The translations under genes and the position numbers were made by a program. 64,000 bases of DNA from an uncultured Acidobacteriota bacterium (GTDB lineage Bacteria; Acidobacteriota; Vicinamibacteria; Vicinamibacterales; UBA2999). The notes under the pieces are model-generated. The model saw only the letters and a list, made by a program, of their open reading frames with translations, ran no database searches and was not told the origin of the DNA. The DNA lies in the NCBI GenBank assembly GCA_963709325.1, contig CAVPVV010000003.1:2561147-2625146 (forward strand). The letters run 5' to 3'. Shown here piece by piece: positions 16,210 to 25,870 of the stretch (within the stretch, counting starts at the first letter, position 1; the number at the start of each line of letters is the position of its first letter).

Positions 16210-18846
16210 TCACGTCCGCCGCAGGCTCTCGAGCGGATCGATCGTGGCCGCGCGACGCATCGGCAGCCAGGTTGCGACCAGTGACGCGACCAGCGTCAAC
16301 GCGATCGCCACGCCGTAGGTAACGACGTCGGCCGGCGTAACGCCAAACAGCAGCGACGCAATCGATCTGGCGAGCCCGTAGGCGCACACGGCGCCGATGG
16401 CGATGCCGACGATCGACAACTTCACGCTCTGGCCGATCACCTGCCGCGCGATCACCCGGGTGGGCGCACCGAGCGCCAGGCGTACGGCGATTTCGCCCGA
16501 GCGTTGGCTGACCGCGTACGACATCACCCCGTACAGCCCGGCCATCGCCAGCAGGATGGCGATCGTCGCAAACGCCGCGAACATCCCGCTCAGGAGAAAG
16601 TTCGACGAGTTCTCGTCCTCCATCGCCGCGGCGACGGTACGCAACTGGTAGGCCGGCAAGTCCGGATCGACGTCGCTGATCGCCTGGCGCAGCGGCCGTG
16701 CCAGCGATGCGGGCGCTGCCGCACGGAGGATGACATTCGTGGTCCGCGTCGGACGATGCTCGTCGAGCAGGTAGAGCGTCGGCATCGACGGTTCGGTGAT
16801 CATCGGATTCGCAACGTTGCGAGCCACGCCAATCACGGCGGCCTCGAGTGGCACTCCAGCCGGATCGGCGATGCGAACGGTCGAGCCGATCGCTTCGGAT
16901 GACGAAGGCCAGAAGCGGCGTGCGGCTTCCGCCGAGACCACGACGACCGCGCGAGGGCTGCTGGCATCCGCCGCTTCGAAGCCGCGCCCGGCGAGAAGTG
17001 GTACGCCGACCACCCTGAAATAGTCGGCGCTCACGACGGTGAGGCCGGCCGTGGGGCGGTCGCGCTCGTCCGCTGGTGGACGGCCGCCGATATCGAACGC
17101 CACGTTGTCGGCAAACTGCAGCGCCGGAAGCACGGTGGCCAGGGCCGCCGCTTCGACGCCGGGGATGTCCCGCACCCGCGCCAGGAGGCGTTGGCGCAGG
17201 CGGAGGGCCGCCTGATCGTCCTCGGTTTTCCATCTGGCGACGTCAATCTGCGCGCTCACGAGCGGGGACGGGTCGTAGCCAAGGTCGGCCACCACGATCG
17301 CCTGCATCGATTGGACGACGAGCGCGGCCACGATCAGCAGCGTCACGGCCAGCGAGACCTGCAGTACCACGAGTGCCGAGCGGCCGCGGGCCGCGGTCGC
17401 GCTGCCGACGGTGCGCGTCGATCCTTCCGAGAGCGTGGCCCTCACATCGTCGCGGAGGACGCGGAGCGTCGGGATGACGGAGAACGCGAGCGGCGTGACG
17501 AACGCGAGCGCCACCGCGAACAGCACCACACCGAAGTCGATCTGGAGCTGGCGGAAGAACGGCTCGGTGGACACGGCGTGAACGCCGGCGAGGCCTACCC
17601 ACGCGACCAGCAAGCCGAGCAACCCGCCGGCCACGCCCAGCATCAGGCTCTCGCCGATGATCTGCCTGACCACGCGCCCGCGCGTCGCGCCGAGAGCAGT
17701 CCGCACGGCCAGCTCCTGACGCCGGCCGATCAACCGCGCGATCAGCAGGTTCATGACGTTCGCGCAGGCGAGGAGCAGCAGCAGGCCGACCACGACCGAC
17801 AGCAGCGACAGGACCAGCCACGTGTTGGCGCCGCCGAGCGCCTGCCTGGTGGTACCGACACGAGCCGTCCAGTCGCGGTTCGTGTCAGGGTGCTCGCGGC
17901 GCAAGCGCTCGACGATTGCCGCTACCTGCACATGCGCGTCAGCGATCGTGGCGTGCTCTCGCAGGCGCCCGACTGGACGCCATCCTCGATAAGCACGTGA
18001 CGCCAGTGCCGGATCGCCGGTGTAGGGCAGCCAGACATCGATCTCCGAGATGTTGCCGAGCTCGATATCGGGCGCGACCACGCCGACGATCGTGTGAGGC
18101 ACGCCGTCGATCACGAAACTCCGGCCGATCACCCGCTCGTCGGCGCCAAATCTTGCAGTCCAGAACTGGTGGGCAAGGACGGCCACGCGCGGCGAGCCCG
18201 GCTGCTCGTCGGCCCCGCTCAGCAGCCGTCCACGCGCCGCCTTCAGTCCCCACAATCCCTGAAGATTCCCGATGACCATCTGCGCCAGCACGCGGTCCGA
18301 CTGATCGCGCTCACGCATCGTCACCGGCTGGCGGCGCCACGCGGCGAGCTGCGTGAAGGTCGAAACCTCGTCGCGGAACGCCGCGTACTCCGGCAGCGAC
18401 GTGCCAGCCCGATCCGGAGAGGCGCCGGGCATCGTCCCGAGAATCCAGCCGAGCCGATCGGGCCTGTCGAACGGCAGCGGCTTGAGCACGAGGATGTTGG
18501 CGATGTTGAAGATGAGCGTGTTGGCGCCGATCGCCAGCGCCAGGGTCACGACCGCGGCCCAGGAGAACGCGGGCTGGGTGACGAACAGGCGGACGCCGCG
18601 CACGAAATCTCGCAGCATGGTGAGCATGAGGCTGTCTCCGGAAGAATGCGGGGCTGGACGGGGACGGCGGCGGTGAAGATGCCAGCAGACGCCGGCCGCG
18701 CGACGCCAATAGCGGAATCGCGCACGACGAGGGGCACTGCGCAGCTCGTCGGCGAAGATTTCGGAGAGGTCGCCGAGTGCTGCCTCGGCGAATCGCGCGT
18801 CAATCAGATGCCGAACGAGCCGCTGCGGGAGGAGCGGCGGCGTCAT
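16210..18846 (-). CDS. ADOP-family duplicated MacB/FtsX-like permease
   Basis: 878 aa. The N-terminal 'permease prefix' region is LVRHLIDARFAEAALGDLSEIFADE. Two MacB_PCD/FtsX halves are present, and the start overlaps the upstream PadR gene by 4 nt. Confidence 0.85.
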   Translation of the reverse strand: MTPPLLPQRLVRHLIDARFAEAALGDLSEIFADELRSAPRRARFRYWRRAAGVCWHLHRRRPRPAPHSSGDSLMLTMLRDFVRGVRLFVTQPAFSWAAVVTLALAIGANTLIFNIANILVLKPLPFDRPDRLGWILGTMPGASPDRAGTSLPEYAAFRDEVSTFTQLAAWRRQPVTMRERDQSDRVLAQMVIGNLQGLWGLKAARGRLLSGADEQPGSPRVAVLAHQFWTARFGADERVIGRSFVIDGVPHTIVGVVAPDIELGNISEIDVWLPYTGDPALASRAYRGWRPVGRLREHATIADAHVQVAAIVERLRREHPDTNRDWTARVGTTRQALGGANTWLVLSLLSVVVGLLLLLACANVMNLLIARLIGRRQELAVRTALGATRGRVVRQIIGESLMLGVAGGLLGLLVAWVGLAGVHAVSTEPFFRQLQIDFGVVLFAVALAFVTPLAFSVIPTLRVLRDDVRATLSEGSTRTVGSATAARGRSALVVLQVSLAVTLLIVAALVVQSMQAIVVADLGYDPSPLVSAQIDVARWKTEDDQAALRLRQRLLARVRDIPGVEAAALATVLPALQFADNVAFDIGGRPPADERDRPTAGLTVVSADYFRVVGVPLLAGRGFEAADASSPRAVVVVSAEAARRFWPSSSEAIGSTVRIADPAGVPLEAAVIGVARNVANPMITEPSMPTLYLLDEHRPTRTTNVILRAAAPASLARPLRQAISDVDPDLPAYQLRTVAAAMEDENSSNFLLSGMFAAFATIAILLAMAGLYGVMSYAVSQRSGEIAVRLALGAPTRVIARQVIGQSVKLSIVGIAIGAVCAYGLARSIASLLFGVTPADVVTYGVAIALTLVASLVATWLPMRRAATIDPLESLRRT

Positions 18847-19178
18847 CGCGGCTCCAGCAACTCGCGCAGCCCCTCGGACATGCGCGCGATTGAGGCGAGC
18901 GAACGGCGCAATACGCGCAGTCCGCCCGCCGTCAGCCGGTATACCCGCTTGCTGCGACCGCCGCGCTCGGCGGTTGGCCCGCCGACGCTGCTGGCCACGT
19001 AACCCTTGGCTTCGAGGCGGTCCAGCGTCTTGTAGACCGCTCCGAGCGACGCCTCACGGCCGGCGCGCGCCTCGAGCTCCCGCCAGACAGGAACCCCATA
19101 CGCATCCGCACCGCACTGGAGCACGCCCAGCATGACGAGCTGCTCGAATTCACCGACGCCGGGACTCTCGCCCACCAT
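18843..19178 (-). CDS. PadR family transcriptional regulator
   Basis: 111 aa with a winged-helix core: GEFEQLVMLGVLQCGADAYGVPVWRELE...GAVYKTLDRLEAKGYV. Confidence 0.85.
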   Translation of the reverse strand: MVGESPGVGEFEQLVMLGVLQCGADAYGVPVWRELEARAGREASLGAVYKTLDRLEAKGYVASSVGGPTAERGGRSKRVYRLTAGGLRVLRRSLASIARMSEGLRELLEPR

Positions 19179-19200
19179 TTCCTAGACGATGTCTAGGAAA
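19178..19200. promoter_or_regulatory. Perfect 10-3-10 palindrome TTTCCTAGAC-gat-GTCTAGGAAA abutting the padR start codon; candidate PadR operator
   Basis: Read directly from the sequence. It sits in the 34-nt spacer between the ScyD-like stop and the padR start. Confidence 0.5.
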
Positions 19201-19212
19201 TCAAAGTTCCGG

Positions 19213-20310
19213 CTAGGGGAGCGGAATGCGGACGACGTCCCCGACCGCTGGCAGGCTGCTCTTCCGGGTGACGTAGGCCGCCCGGTCCGGACCGATCGCC
19301 ACGCCGCCCGGCCACGTCAGACCCGCGCTGGCGATGACCGTCCGCGAGCCGTCGGGCATGACCCGCGTCAAGCGACCGTCCTGGCTGGGACCGAGCAGGC
19401 CGTCGATGTCGTGCTCGAGCACGTAGGCGGCGCCGTCTGCGCCGATCGCGAGATCGATGATCATCGTGAAACCGGTCGCGACCTGGGCTGGCGTCCCGCC
19501 GTGGCCGGCACGCGCCACAGCGAGGCTGCGCCCGGCGTAAACGGGAACCCGGTCAACTGGCCGACGTAGATGCTGCCGTCCGGCGCCGGCGGCAAGGCTG
19601 GTCGCCACCGGATCGGTCGTGCCACCGGTCGGCGTGTTGACCCGCGGCAGCACGGTGAAGTTCGAAATCCCCAGATTCGCGCCGATTTGATTGATGGCGT
19701 TCCCACCCGCATCGGCGAACAGCGCGCGGTTGGACTGAATCAGCAGCTTGAACGGGTTGGAGTCCACCGGCCCGCCGTCGGGGTTGGCCGTTGCCTCGAA
19801 CCTGGACAGATCGAGTTGGTAGCTCCAGTCGCCGTTCATCGACGCGCGGGCCAGCCACCCCATTCGGATCCCCGACGCCTCGAGTGCGGCCCTCGATGCG
19901 GGATCGCCGCCCAGGCCGATCGTGATCCACATGCTGCCAAACCCGAAATCTACGTCATTGGGGCCCGCCGCCTGCGCACCAGTCGGGACTGCGACGGACG
20001 GCAGGTTCGTGACCACTCGTTGCTGCACCAGCAGTCCGGAGATGCGGGTGATCGCACCGGTCGGCCCCAGGCATCGCGTCGGCGGAAACGGTGGTGCGGT
20101 GTCCGGCAGGCACAGCGGACTGGTGCCGCCTCGTCCTGCCTCGGCGACGTAGAGCGCGCCGTCGGGACCGAACGTGATACCGCGGGGGTTGTCGAGGCCG
20201 GTCGCGACGACCAGCATGGTCGGCGTCTGCGCGACAAGGGGAGCGATTGCCAGGACGATGGCAAAGGACAATGCGGCGGCGAATGCCGCGCGCACGGGTG
20301 ATCTGAGCAT
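19213..20310 (-). CDS. ScyD/ScyE-family (NHL-like) beta-propeller secreted protein; contains a compensated double frameshift (~19500 and ~19585)
   Basis: Listed only as the tail of the 757-aa ORF. It has its own AGGAGG 7 nt before the ATG at 20310 and a signal peptide MLRSPVRAAFAAALSFAIVLAIAPLVAQ. GLDNPRGITFGPDGALYVAEAG is present. The family-typical PDGSIYVGQLTGFPFTPGAASLWRV is encoded in a different frame (ORF 19461..19712). Confidence 0.7.
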   Translation of the reverse strand: MLRSPVRAAFAAALSFAIVLAIAPLVAQTPTMLVVATGLDNPRGITFGPDGALYVAEAGRGGTSPLCLPDTAPPFPPTRCLGPTGAITRISGLLVQQRVVTNLPSVAVPTGAQAAGPNDVDFGFGSMWITIGLGGDPASRAALEASGIRMGWLARASMNGDWSYQLDLSRFEATANPDGGPVDSNPFKLLIQSNRALFADAGGNAINQIGANLGISNFTVLPRVNTPTGGTTDPVATSLAAGAGRQHLRRPVDRVPVYAGRSLAVARAGHGGTPAQVATGFTMIIDLAIGADGAAYVLEHDIDGLLGPSQDGRLTRVMPDGSRTVIASAGLTWPGGVAIGPDRAAYVTRKSSLPAVGDVVRIPLP

Positions 20311-20378
20311 GCAACTACCTCCTGAACGCCTGTAACTGCAGGCGCAGGCGGCAATCGTGCAACCCGCAGGTCCAGCGC

Positions 20379-21486
20379 TCAGCCCAACCGCTTCGAGGAT
20401 CGGAGCGCCGCCAGGGCCAGCGACCGTCGTGCCCCAGGCCAACAGCGCCAGTGCCTGCGGCCACAGCGTCTCGAGGCCGACACCCTTCAGAAAGATTCCG
20501 CGGACGATCACGAGGAAGTAACGCAGCGGAATCAGGTAGGTCGCCGGCTGGATCCAGGCGGGCATGTTCTCGATCGGAAACACGAAGCCCGACAGGTAGA
20601 CCATCGGCATCATGAAGAAGAACGTGGTCGTGAGCATCGCCTGCTGCTGCGTGTTCGAGATGCTCGAAATGAACAGGCCGAGGCCGAGTGTCGAGAGGAG
20701 GTAGATGAGGCTCATCCCGAAGAGCAGCACCACGCTCCCGCGCATCGGGACCTCGAACCAGTAAAGCGCCACGATGAGGACGAGCACGACGTCTACGACG
20801 CCGATCATTCCGTACGGCAGAAGCTTCCCGACGATCAACTCCCAGCGCGCCAGCGGCGTGACGTTGAGCTGCTCGAGCGTGCCCACCTCCTTCTCACGAA
20901 CGATCGCCATTGCCGACAGGTTGGTGGTCACCACGAGGAGCAGAAGCGCGACGATGCCCGGGATCATGAAGTCGCGGCTTTCGAGCTCCGGGTTGAACCA
21001 GACCCTGAGCTCCAGCGATACGGGCGGCGCCGCTCCGCCACCGGGCGTCAGGTCCTGGGCAAAGCCGGCAACCAGCGCCCGCGCGTAGCCCATCGCGACG
21101 GTCGTCGAATTCGAGTCGGTGCCGTCGGCCACCACCTGGAGCGTGACTGGCTGATGGCTCTTCACCCTCTCGGCGTAGTCCGGTGGCAGGCTCAGCGCCA
21201 TCCAGGCCGTGCCGCGATCCAGCCACGGATCGATCTCGCCGGTCGAGTCGAGGATACCGACCACCTTGAAGTTCGCTGATGCCTGAAAGCGTGCGACGAG
21301 CGCGCGGCTCTCCGCGGATCGATCCGGATCGACGATGACGATCGGCACGTCCTTCACGTCGGTCGTCGCCGCGTAGCCAAGGACGGTCAGCTGGACGATC
21401 GGTGCCAGGATGACGATCCCGAACAGCCGCGGATCCTGCCGGAGCTCCAGCAGTTCCTTCTTCACCAGGTGCAGCACGCGTCGCAT
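20379..21486 (-). CDS. ABC-2 type transporter permease (YbhR/YbhS-like); 1-nt frameshift near 20425 removes its stop
   Basis: This is the N-terminal 355 aa of the 757-aa ORF. Shifting frame after ..LLAWGTT gives SLALAALRSSKRLG* (stop 20379-20381), which parallels the C-terminus of the paralogue at 21494..22621. Confidence 0.8.
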
Positions 21487-21493
21487 GGTGGTT

Positions 21494-22621
21494 TCAGCTC
21501 CACTCCCGCTTCAGCCGCAGTGAGGCGAGCCCCAGTGCCACGATCGAGAACGCCGCCAGCCAGACGAGCTGTTCCCAGAACGCCGCCAGTCCCGCGCCTT
21601 TGAGGACGATCGCGCGCAGCACGACCAGGAAATATCGCGCCGGGACGACATGGCTCACCGCCTGCACGGCCGCCGGCATGCTCGAAATCGGGAAGATGAA
21701 CCCCGAGAGAATGAAGGTCGGGAGGAATGACGACAGGAGCGCGACCTGGAACGCGACCTGCTGCGACGTGGCAACTGTCGAGATGAGCAGCCCCTGGCCC
21801 TGCGCGCCGACGAGAAAAAGAAGGATCGAGCCGCAGAGGAGCGGCCACGAGCCCCGCATCGGCAGGTCGAACAGCAGCCGCGCGGTGAAGAGGATGAGGA
21901 GCGCCGAGGCGAACGACAGCGCGAGGTACGGGAGCGTCTTGCCGAGGATGAACGACACCGGTCCGATCGGCGACATCCGGATCTGCTCCATCGTGCCGCG
22001 CTCTTTCTCGCGGACGACGGAGAGCGCGGTGGAGACGACGGCCGTGATCATCGCGATGAAGGCGATCAGGCCGGGAACGAGGAAGAGCGTGCTCCGCAGC
22101 TGCGGGTTGTACCAGATGCGCGGCTCGAGGGTCAGCGGCGGCGCGCCGGCTGGCGAGCCTCCTGCCGCGATGGCCTCGAGCGCGACGGATGTCGAAAACT
22201 CGGCGACGAGCGCCTGCGCGTAGCCCATCACCGTGGAGGCGGTGTTGGCGTTGTCGCCGTCAATCACGGCCTGCACGATCGTCGGCTGATGGCGCCGCAC
22301 GTCGCGGTCGAAGTTCGGCGGGATCACGAGCAGGACGCGCGCCTGATTGGTGTCGAACAGCCGGTTGACGGCGGCCTCGCCGTCGACGTAGCCGACGAGC
22401 TCGAAATAGCCCGAGTCGACGAAGGCGGAAATGAGCGCGCGGCTGTTGGTGGTGCGGTCGCGATCCTGCACCGCGAGCCGTACGTTCCGGATGTCGAAGT
22501 TCAGCGCGTAGCCGTAGATCAGCAGGATGAACGCTGGGAACAGGAGGAGGATCGCCAGGGTCCGCAGATCGCGGCTGATCTGGTGCAGCTCCTTTGTGGC
22601 GATGGCAAGGACGCTGCGCAT
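21494..22621 (-). CDS. ABC-2 type transporter permease (YbhS/YbhR-like)
   Basis: 375-aa polytopic ORF, paralogous to the downstream permease. Confidence 0.85.
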   Translation of the reverse strand: MRSVLAIATKELHQISRDLRTLAILLLFPAFILLIYGYALNFDIRNVRLAVQDRDRTTNSRALISAFVDSGYFELVGYVDGEAAVNRLFDTNQARVLLVIPPNFDRDVRRHQPTIVQAVIDGDNANTASTVMGYAQALVAEFSTSVALEAIAAGGSPAGAPPLTLEPRIWYNPQLRSTLFLVPGLIAFIAMITAVVSTALSVVREKERGTMEQIRMSPIGPVSFILGKTLPYLALSFASALLILFTARLLFDLPMRGSWPLLCGSILLFLVGAQGQGLLISTVATSQQVAFQVALLSSFLPTFILSGFIFPISSMPAAVQAVSHVVPARYFLVVLRAIVLKGAGLAAFWEQLVWLAAFSIVALGLASLRLKREWS

Positions 22622-22622
22622 C

Positions 22623-23564
22623 TCACGCGGCTCCCGTATGCTCGACGACGTCGAGGAAGACGTCCTCGAGCGACGGCATGACCCGACTGACGGATCGCAC
22701 CTCGATGCCGGCGCTGGCCAGAGTGCGCGTCACCGCATCCTCGGGATCCGCGTCGCCGCGCAGCACGGCGTGGACTGCGGTACCAAACAGGCTGGTCTTC
22801 TCCACGACGGGTTGGCGATCGAGCGCTTCCATCGCGGCTACGGGCTGCGCCGCCTGCACCTCGACGATCGGCCGATCGCGGAACACCTGCTTCAATTCCG
22901 TCGTCGTGCCGAGCGCGGCCAGCTTGCCGGCGTGGATGATGGCAATGCGATGGCAGTGTTCGGCCTCGTCGAGATAGTGCGTGGTGACGAGGACGGTCGT
23001 GCCGCCTTCGGACATCTGGTCGATGAGATCCCAGAACTGCCGGCGCGACACCGGGTCTACGCCGCCGGTCGGCTCGTCGAGAAAAACGATCGACGGCTCG
23101 TGGAGAATGGCGCACCCGAGGGCGAGGCGCTGGCGCCACCCGCCGGGCAGGTCGCGGGTCAGCGCGTTCTCGCGGCGCTGCAGTCCAGCCATCTCGAGCA
23201 CGAACCGCCGCCGCTCGGCGAAGCGCTCCCCGTGCAGCCCGTAGATGCCGCCGAAGAATTCGATGTTCTGATCGACCGTGAGCAGCTCGTAGAGCGAGAA
23301 CCGCTGCGACATGTAGCCGATCCGCCGCTTGACGCCCTCCGGATCCTTCGCGACGTCGATACCACCGACCAGCGCGGTGCCGCTCGAGGGCTTGAGGAGC
23401 CCGCACAGCATCCGGATGGTGGTGGACTTGCCGGCGCCATTGGCCCCGAGAAAGCCGAAGATTTCACCGCCCTTGACCGAAAAGGACAGATCGTTCACCG
23501 CGACGAAGTCGCCGAATCGGCGGGTGAGGCCGCGCACGTCGATGGCGCTTGCTGGAGTGGTCAC
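22623..23564 (-). CDS. ABC transporter ATP-binding protein
   Basis: Walker A GANGAGKST, signature LPGGWRQRLAL, Walker B IVFLDEPT. Confidence 0.9.
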   Translation of the reverse strand: MTTPASAIDVRGLTRRFGDFVAVNDLSFSVKGGEIFGFLGANGAGKSTTIRMLCGLLKPSSGTALVGGIDVAKDPEGVKRRIGYMSQRFSLYELLTVDQNIEFFGGIYGLHGERFAERRRFVLEMAGLQRRENALTRDLPGGWRQRLALGCAILHEPSIVFLDEPTGGVDPVSRRQFWDLIDQMSEGGTTVLVTTHYLDEAEHCHRIAIIHAGKLAALGTTTELKQVFRDRPIVEVQAAQPVAAMEALDRQPVVEKTSLFGTAVHAVLRGDADPEDAVTRTLASAGIEVRSVSRVMPSLEDVFLDVVEHTGAA

Positions 23565-24934
23565 GGGCGTCCAAGAGCGCGCTCGAGGCGCGCTTCGGCC
23601 AGCCGGACACCAGCGAGCGCGCGGGCCCGCGCCAGTTCGGCGCCGAGGAGCTGTTCCTGCGCGACGAGGACGTCGGTCGTGGTCGCCACGCCGACGGCAA
23701 GACGCTCGGCCAGCACGCGACGCGCTTCGGCAGACGCGCGCACGCCGGCCTCGGAGGCGCGAACGGCGGCCTGGCTGGATCTGAGATCGAGAAGCCGCTG
23801 CCGGATCTCGGCCGAGACGACGGTGTCGAGCTCTTTCTGTCGCGCGTCGATGGCGCGGGCGGCGGCGGCCGCTTCAGCAACTTCCGCCTTGGTTCGGCCG
23901 CTGTCGAAGATGTTCCACGACATGCTCAGCGACACGTCCCACGACGTCTGCCAGATGTCTTCGCGGGGGAAGATCTTCGGGTTCGGCTTCGCGAAGTCGT
24001 AGCCGCCGCCGAGCGCGAAGTTCGGCCGCCGGCCTTTCGACGCCGCCTCTTCCCGAGCCTGTGCGCCTTCGAAGCGCAAGGCCAGGGCGCGCAGTTCCGG
24101 CCGCTGTTTCAAGGCTTCCGCGACGAGGGGCGCAGTATCTGCCTCGCTCTTTACATTTGTCATGGGGACTGTCCCCTGAGTCGCGGCGGCTCGGGGGACT
24201 GTCCCCCCTGGCGAGTCGAGGCTGTCGGCGAGCTCGATCACGGCGTCGGGCGGGGCGCCGATCAGGCGGCGGAGATCGATCAGGTTCGACTCGAGCAGGT
24301 TGTTCGCTTCGATCAGCTGCAGCTCCTCGCTCGATCGCTGGGCCTCGAAGGTCAGCACGTCGCTTGGCGGAACCAGCCCGACCTCGAGCCGCTGCCGCGC
24401 GTCACCCACCTGCGCGTCAGCGCGGGCGACGCCTTCCTCGAGGACGCGGACCGCTTCGCGTGAGGTGACCACCGCCCAGTAGGCGCGCGTCACCTCGAAA
24501 CGGAGATCGGCTCGCGCGGTATCGAGATCCGCTCCCGCGGCCTCGGCCTCGGCGGAAGCGGCGCGCTCGAGCGCGTCGAGGCGTCCGGCGGTGTAAATCG
24601 GCCACTGCGCGGCAACGCGGGACGTGAAGTTGTCCGGCACGTCCGGGTAGAGGATGTTGAGACGGCCATCCGGGGTTGGAAACCCGAACGGCTCCACGTG
24701 GTTGGTCCGCATGTAACCGGCCATCGCAGATGCGGTCGGGCGCGACGACGACTGCCGGACTTCGACGGTCGCGCGCGCGCCTTCCTGCCGCGCCTCGGCT
24801 TCAGCGAGGCGATGACTGGTCTCAAAGGCGCGGCTGACCGCCTCGCCAACCGTCAGGCGCAGCGGCGGCTCCTGCGCCAGCACCGCCGCAGAACCGGCGA
24901 ACACGAGTGTCACGAACAGGTCGGCGCGGGTCAT
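23561..24934 (-). CDS. TolC-family outer membrane efflux protein
   Basis: 457 aa with a signal peptide and two-repeat OEP architecture. It has 4-nt overlaps with both flanking ATPase genes. Confidence 0.8.
   Translation of the reverse strand: MTRADLFVTLVFAGSAAVLAQEPPLRLTVGEAVSRAFETSHRLAEAEARQEGARATVEVRQSSSRPTASAMAGYMRTNHVEPFGFPTPDGRLNILYPDVPDNFTSRVAAQWPIYTAGRLDALERAASAEAEAAGADLDTARADLRFEVTRAYWAVVTSREAVRVLEEGVARADAQVGDARQRLEVGLVPPSDVLTFEAQRSSEELQLIEANNLLESNLIDLRRLIGAPPDAVIELADSLDSPGGTVPRAAATQGTVPMTNVKSEADTAPLVAEALKQRPELRALALRFEGAQAREEAASKGRRPNFALGGGYDFAKPNPKIFPREDIWQTSWDVSLSMSWNIFDSGRTKAEVAEAAAAARAIDARQKELDTVVSAEIRQRLLDLRSSQAAVRASEAGVRASAEARRVLAERLAVGVATTTDVLVAQEQLLGAELARARALAGVRLAEARLERALGRP
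24164..24208. repeat. Two copies of the palindrome GGGGACTGTCCCC inside the TolC-family CDS (in-frame)
   Basis: Copies at 24164-24176 and 24193-24207. They are translated as PGGTVPRAAATQGTVP. An adjacent unusually AT-rich stretch (acaaatgtaaagag) is also present. Confidence 0.8.
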
Positions 24935-25866
24935 GACGTGGCGCTCCCGGTGATCCTGGCGATGAACACATCCTCGAGCGACGGCGCGATTGGCCGCACC
25001 GCGCTCGGCGAAAGACCGCCGTCGGCCAGGTTGCGATCGAGTGCCGCGCGGGCCGCCTCCGCATCGTCACGCGTGTCCCAGACGTGCAGCCGGTCGCCGA
25101 ACACATACGTCTTCGGGCCGCCGGCGAGTGCGTCCAGCCGCGCGGCGACGTGCCGCGGCTGATCGATCACCACCTCGAACCACGAGCCGGGTAGCGACGC
25201 GCGAAGCCGGCCGGGCGCGTCGAGCGCGAGCACCTCGCCTTCGTGCAGCATCGCGATCCGATGGCACCGCTCAGCTTCGTCGAGATACGGCGTGGACATC
25301 AGGATCGTGATGCCCTGCTCGACGAACTGCGACAGCAGCTTCCAGAACTCGCGGCGTGAGACCGGGTCCACGCCCGTGGTTGGTTCGTCGAGCAGGATGA
25401 TGTCGGGCTCGTGGACGAGCGTGCAGGCGAGCGCCAGCTTCTGCTTCATCCCGCCGGACAGCTTGTCGGCCAGGCGCTGGCGGAACGGCGTGAGCTGCGT
25501 CATGTCGAGCAGCCGATCGCGCCGGGCCGCGTAATCGGTGACACCGTGGATCTCCGCGAAGAACGCGATATTCTCATCGATGCTGAGATCGCCGTAGAGG
25601 CTGAACCGCTGGGAAAGATATCCAACTGATGCGGTCATCGCCCGGTGATCGGCGACCGGGTCGCGACCGAGCATGCGTATCTCTCCCTCGTCGGCGTGCA
25701 GCAGGCCGCAGAGCAGGCGGATGGTGGTGGTCTTGCCGGCGCCGTCGGGGCCGATGAGCCCGAACATCTCGCCGCGGCCGATATCGAACGAGACGCCTTT
25801 CAGCGCCTCGACCGACCCGTAGCGCTTCTTCAGGTTCGAGGCGTGGACGGGAGGAGCGGCGGCCAA
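24931..25866 (-). CDS. ABC transporter ATP-binding protein (second ATPase of the operon)
   Basis: Walker A GPDGAGKTT, signature LSGGMKQKLAL, Walker B IILLDEPT. The listed ORF start (26148) overlaps the HlyD gene. TTG at 25866, with GGAG 7 nt upstream and 4 nt after the HlyD stop, is the likely start. Confidence 0.8.
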   Translation of the reverse strand: MAAAPPVHASNLKKRYGSVEALKGVSFDIGRGEMFGLIGPDGAGKTTTIRLLCGLLHADEGEIRMLGRDPVADHRAMTASVGYLSQRFSLYGDLSIDENIAFFAEIHGVTDYAARRDRLLDMTQLTPFRQRLADKLSGGMKQKLALACTLVHEPDIILLDEPTTGVDPVSRREFWKLLSQFVEQGITILMSTPYLDEAERCHRIAMLHEGEVLALDAPGRLRASLPGSWFEVVIDQPRHVAARLDALAGGPKTYVFGDRLHVWDTRDDAEAARAALDRNLADGGLSPSAVRPIAPSLEDVFIARITGSATS

Positions 25867-25870
25867 TTCA

